64,000 bases of DNA from Planctomycetota bacterium (GTDB taxonomy: Bacteria > Pseudomonadota > Gammaproteobacteria > Eutrophobiales > Eutrophobiaceae), in NCBI GenBank assembly GCA_047638675.1, contig JBLIML010000001.1:13822-77821 (forward strand), read 5' to 3'. The position numbers and the translations under genes are program-made. Below, in pieces: positions 60,365 through 64,000 of the stretch. Under the pieces are notes generated by a model. It was not told the origin of the DNA. It did no database searches and was given only the letters and a program-made list of their open reading frames with translations. The first letter of the stretch is position 1; every line of letters starts with the position of its first letter.

Positions 60365-63300
60365 ATGGAAGACAAAAACGGAATTCAAACCACACAAATT
60401 GAGCGTCGACATCTCACTGTAGTAGAGTGCGATCTTGTCGGTTCAACAGCGCTTGCCCATAAACTCGATCCTGAGCAACTGAGGGATCTCATCCTAAGTT
60501 ACCAGGACTGTGCTTTGTCCTGGATAAAAAAACTGGATGGCTATTTTGCACAATTCGCCGGCGACGCAATATGGGTTTATTTTGGCTACCCAACAGCCCA
60601 TGAGGACGACGCATATCGTGCAATCCGGGCAGGTTTGGGTATTGCCAAAGCTGTTAGGTCAATCAAACTACATGGCGAATCACTCAATGTCAGAATTGGG
60701 ATAGCGAGCGGTTTATGCGTTGTTGGAAACCTGCGTCAACCCTTAACCAACGACGAACGTAAAATTGGTGAATATATTACTGCCATAGGTGACCCACCTA
60801 ATTTGGCAGCCCGTCTACAAACAATAGTTGAACCAGGTGCTGTTGCTGTATCCGACGAAACCCGTTCGTTAGCGGGCAACCTCTTTGAATTTGAAGACAT
60901 AGGCTTTCATGAATTAAAGGGATTTACAGATAAAATTAGGGCGTGGCGCGCAGTTGGCGAAAGCGGGGAGCAGAGTCGCTTCCTGGCATTGAGACCTGAA
61001 ACACGAACCCCATTAATTGGAAGAACTGATGAGTTAGAGGCGATAAATGGGTTATGGGATGAAGCCTGCAATGGAAATGGACAGGTCGTTTACTTATCAG
61101 GTGAACCTGGAATTGGTAAATCACGCCTCGCTTCCAATATTGCTGAGGAAATGGTTGGGGAAAATTATCCTCAATGGTGGTTGCACTGTAGCGAATACCT
61201 TCAAGGTAGTGCATTTGCTCCAATTATCTCGCTTATTCAGGTGCAAGCTCAGTTTACAGACAAAGACGAAATATCAAGCCGCTTCAGCAAATTGAAGAAA
61301 AGATTCCCAAGTCTTGAAAATGATGCACTCTATTTGCTTGCCGAACTACTTTCCATTACAGCTAACCAAGAGCTGAATGTAGCCAAAATGTCACCATCAA
61401 GACGCCGCGAACGTTTATATGAAGTACTCATAGGATTAATCGAAGAAACTTGTAAAGACCAGCCACTCTTATTCGTTGTCGAAGACATGCAGTGGATTGA
61501 TCCATCAACGCGTGCACTCATTCATCGTCTCACTCTTCGGCTAGTAAATTTACCTCTATTAATCCTTACCACAAGTCGTACAATTGACGATGGAGACAGG
61601 TCATTCTTAGAATTATCCCAGGTTCATAATTTTCATATTGCGCAGCTAAAACGTGACGAATGTTTTGACATGTTAATTGCCTTGTGGGGAGAACAAGAAC
61701 TACCCATCTCGATCGCAGAGAAAATAGTCAAACAGACTGATGGTGTACCCTTGTTCATCGAAGATGTAATATTTTCAATTCGTCGTATGCCCGATAGCAA
61801 TAAGGGCGATATTCTTAGCGATAAAATCGCAGTACCAATAAAGCTTAGTGACCACTTAATGTCGCGCATTGATGAATTGGGAGAAAGTAAGAAAATCGCT
61901 CAGATTGCTGCCGTTGTTGGCCGCGAGTTTTCGACTGTCATGATGACCGCCCTCACCAGTTTATCAGCTTCAAAACTCGCGAAAAAATTGCAAACACTTA
62001 TCGATGCCGGAATGGTGACTGCTTCTGAGAGAAATGGAGACCAATTCTATGTATTCAGGCATGCCATGATTCGCGATGCAGCTTACAATAGTTTGCTATT
62101 TTCTCATCGGAAAGACCTGCATAGCCGTATTGCAACCTGGTTGACTAGCAAACATCCGAATCTACGGAATTCGCAACCAGAAACAATCGCCCATCATTAC
62201 AATGCCGCCGGTGCCTTCGACCTGGCAATCGACTACTGGCTTGCAGCGGGAAAACTTGCCAAAAGTCGTTCTAGTTATGCTGAAGCCGCTATCCACTTAA
62301 AAAATGCTCGTGAACTGATTCCCATGCTATCTCCATCAACGGATAGAGATAGACTTGAACTTGATATTATAATGTCTTTAGGTGTTGCTCAGGCGGGTGT
62401 TTACGGGATATCTGGTGAGCACACAGGTAAAACTTACGATAAAGCTCTTCAGCTTTGCAAAGCACTTTGCTATCCACCCGAAGTATTTCCTGTTCTCGCT
62501 GGTGCCGCTTCTTTTAATTTCATCCGTGGGGATTACGAGAAATCATTGGAGATTGCTGAACATTCGAAAAAGTTGGCTACAGAAAAATCTAATCCTACAG
62601 GCAATCTCATAAATTATCGAATACTCGGTGCGGTGCAATTCGTAACAGGCGACTTAAACGCTGCCACGAAAAATCTACAACTTGCTATAAATATTTACGA
62701 GGAAAGTCCGGAATTTCATCAAAGCTTTTCCCCCGTTTATGCACTAGACCATAAAACAACAGCTCTTTGTTATTTGGCACTCGCCCATGCCACAATTGGC
62801 AATATCGAAATTGCTTTCGAATTTTCGCAACAATCTGTTGCGCATTCGAAAACCATAAACATGCACAGTACTAACTGTTCACTTTGTTATCAAGCAGCTT
62901 TGCGACATATACTAAGCAATCCTGCTTCCGAAATAGTCAAGAATGCAACTCAAAGTCTAGAACTTGCTCTTGACGAAGGCTTTGCCTCCTGGCAAGGAAT
63001 GTCAAGATTAATAAGAGGCGAAGCCAATATACAACTTGGCCATCATAAAAAGGGAATGCAGGAGATAGAAGAGGGTGTATTGGAGCACGGCAGCGCAAAA
63101 GCAGAAACATTTCTTCCACTGGCAAAATCAGTTCTTGCTAAAGGATACCTCGCGACCATGCGTTTTGAAAATGCACTAGCGATACTAAATGATGCTGAAA
63201 CACTTAGTGTACATACCAGACAGTTTTGGTATTTACCAGAAATACAACGACTTCAAGCGGAAACATTAATCGGATTAAAAGAATATGGATCTGCACAAGA

Positions 63301-63406
63301 TTATTATCATAGGGCTAATGCTTCGGCAGTTAAGATTGGTGCAAAATTTTGGCTGGAAAAAATTAAGCGTAGCATGGAAAAAAACAGAGCATATTTACAA
63401 TATTAA
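60365..63406 (+). CDS. Multidomain class-III nucleotidyl cyclase with a STAND/AAA ATPase and TPR repeats (adenylate/guanylate cyclase).
   Basis: 1013 aa. N-terminal CHD cyclase fold (RRHLTVVECDLVGST...FAGDAIWVYFG). Walker A GEPGIGKSR at about residue 250. Long C-terminal TPR-like helical repeats. Confidence 0.8.
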   Translation: MEDKNGIQTTQIERRHLTVVECDLVGSTALAHKLDPEQLRDLILSYQDCALSWIKKLDGYFAQFAGDAIWVYFGYPTAHEDDAYRAIRAGLGIAKAVRSIKLHGESLNVRIGIASGLCVVGNLRQPLTNDERKIGEYITAIGDPPNLAARLQTIVEPGAVAVSDETRSLAGNLFEFEDIGFHELKGFTDKIRAWRAVGESGEQSRFLALRPETRTPLIGRTDELEAINGLWDEACNGNGQVVYLSGEPGIGKSRLASNIAEEMVGENYPQWWLHCSEYLQGSAFAPIISLIQVQAQFTDKDEISSRFSKLKKRFPSLENDALYLLAELLSITANQELNVAKMSPSRRRERLYEVLIGLIEETCKDQPLLFVVEDMQWIDPSTRALIHRLTLRLVNLPLLILTTSRTIDDGDRSFLELSQVHNFHIAQLKRDECFDMLIALWGEQELPISIAEKIVKQTDGVPLFIEDVIFSIRRMPDSNKGDILSDKIAVPIKLSDHLMSRIDELGESKKIAQIAAVVGREFSTVMMTALTSLSASKLAKKLQTLIDAGMVTASERNGDQFYVFRHAMIRDAAYNSLLFSHRKDLHSRIATWLTSKHPNLRNSQPETIAHHYNAAGAFDLAIDYWLAAGKLAKSRSSYAEAAIHLKNARELIPMLSPSTDRDRLELDIIMSLGVAQAGVYGISGEHTGKTYDKALQLCKALCYPPEVFPVLAGAASFNFIRGDYEKSLEIAEHSKKLATEKSNPTGNLINYRILGAVQFVTGDLNAATKNLQLAINIYEESPEFHQSFSPVYALDHKTTALCYLALAHATIGNIEIAFEFSQQSVAHSKTINMHSTNCSLCYQAALRHILSNPASEIVKNATQSLELALDEGFASWQGMSRLIRGEANIQLGHHKKGMQEIEEGVLEHGSAKAETFLPLAKSVLAKGYLATMRFENALAILNDAETLSVHTRQFWYLPEIQRLQAETLIGLKEYGSAQDYYHRANASAVKIGAKFWLEKIKRSMEKNRAYLQY

Positions 63407-63506
63407 GCTATTTTAACCAATGCAAATACACTTTCGAAATCTGCATTTCCTATTTCACTATACAGCTTCCAATTCATAATTTCGTGGTAACTCTACTTTT
63501 AATATT

Positions 63507-64000
63507 TTATTTTTCATAGTTTAGAACATCGCTCACCATTTTTTGCAGTGTATTTATGTCTTGTATTATGAGAGTGTTTTTTTCCTTCCGAATAATGTTT
63601 TGACGAGTTAACAAGCCCATTTCACGTGTCACCGCTTCCCTATGCGTGCTCACCCTGCTTGCGATTTCTGCATGAGTTGGAGCAGGAACAATCGCAACTA
63701 CACTTTCATTACGTTGCGCATCCTTACCAAGACGAAGTAATTCCGCATGTATTCTGTTTTTGACATCTAATGCACTAAATTCGATAACACGGTCTGATAA
63801 TAGCCTGATGAGTCTAGTTAAATATTTTAACGTTCTTTGTGCAATGACAGGATAAGTACTCAATAGTCTCCAGAAATTGCCTGGCGTGATAAATACAATA
63901 GTAGCTACTGTATTAGCAATTACATGAGCAGATCTAGGTTCACCATCAATTGCAGATAACTCGCCAAACATTTGCCCCGCCAACACATCGCGAAAAGTGA
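63507..64000 (-). CDS. Crp/Fnr-family transcriptional regulator. Partial gene, N-terminus lies beyond the window end.
   Basis: cNMP-binding-fold C-half (GELSAIDGEPRSAHVIA) and a C-terminal HTH (RVSTHREAVTREMGLLTRQNII). The ORF reaches the 3' edge of the window. Confidence 0.7.
   Translation of the reverse strand, partial: TFRDVLAGQMFGELSAIDGEPRSAHVIANTVATIVFITPGNFWRLLSTYPVIAQRTLKYLTRLIRLLSDRVIEFSALDVKNRIHAELLRLGKDAQRNESVVAIVPAPTHAEIASRVSTHREAVTREMGLLTRQNIIRKEKNTLIIQDINTLQKMVSDVLNYEK

Overview
This 64 kb window looks like chromosomal DNA from a mid-GC (roughly 45-50%) gammaproteobacterium. The sequence alone does not identify the species.

Most of the window is core housekeeping genes:
- hemH and hemE.
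- An FMN-dependent alpha-hydroxy-acid dehydrogenase paired with an FAD-linked oxidase.
- slt, cca, uppP, crp, a tRNA-Met, nhaA and selO.
- The conserved miaB-phoH(ybeZ)-ybeY-corC...lnt block.
- An Atm1-type ABC exporter and a ModBC-like ABC pair.

Between these are lower-GC accessory or decaying segments:
- A degraded surface-glycan locus at 26.8-33.1 kb. It holds a fusion of a nucleotidyltransferase-like domain with a CDP-alcohol phosphatidyltransferase, a frameshifted GT4 glycosyltransferase, a MOP flippase, a sulfotransferase and an outer-membrane-protein remnant.
- A duplicated RDD gene fragment with a cupin gene inserted into it.
- A three-gene insertion between corC and lnt.
- A DUF1624 membrane-protein gene interrupted by an in-frame TGA.
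- An AT-rich three-gene operon at 53.3-56.8 kb. It encodes a GH3/ANL-type adenylate-forming enzyme and two paralogous membrane proteins with SAF domains. This is my best candidate for an undescribed system.

Other notable points:
- A bacterial cereblon-like CULT-domain protein at 7.0-7.4 kb.
- A dense set of cyclic-nucleotide signalling genes: Crp, a stand-alone cNMP-binding protein, an NhaP antiporter fused to a cNMP-binding domain, a 1013-aa class-III cyclase with STAND ATPase and TPR domains, and a second Crp/Fnr regulator.
- A 14/22-bp tandem-repeat array between the convergent cca and uppP genes.
- A MITE-like element with 27-bp inverted repeats between the convergent FAD-oxidase and DUF427 genes.

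I found no transposase, integrase, CRISPR array or rRNA.
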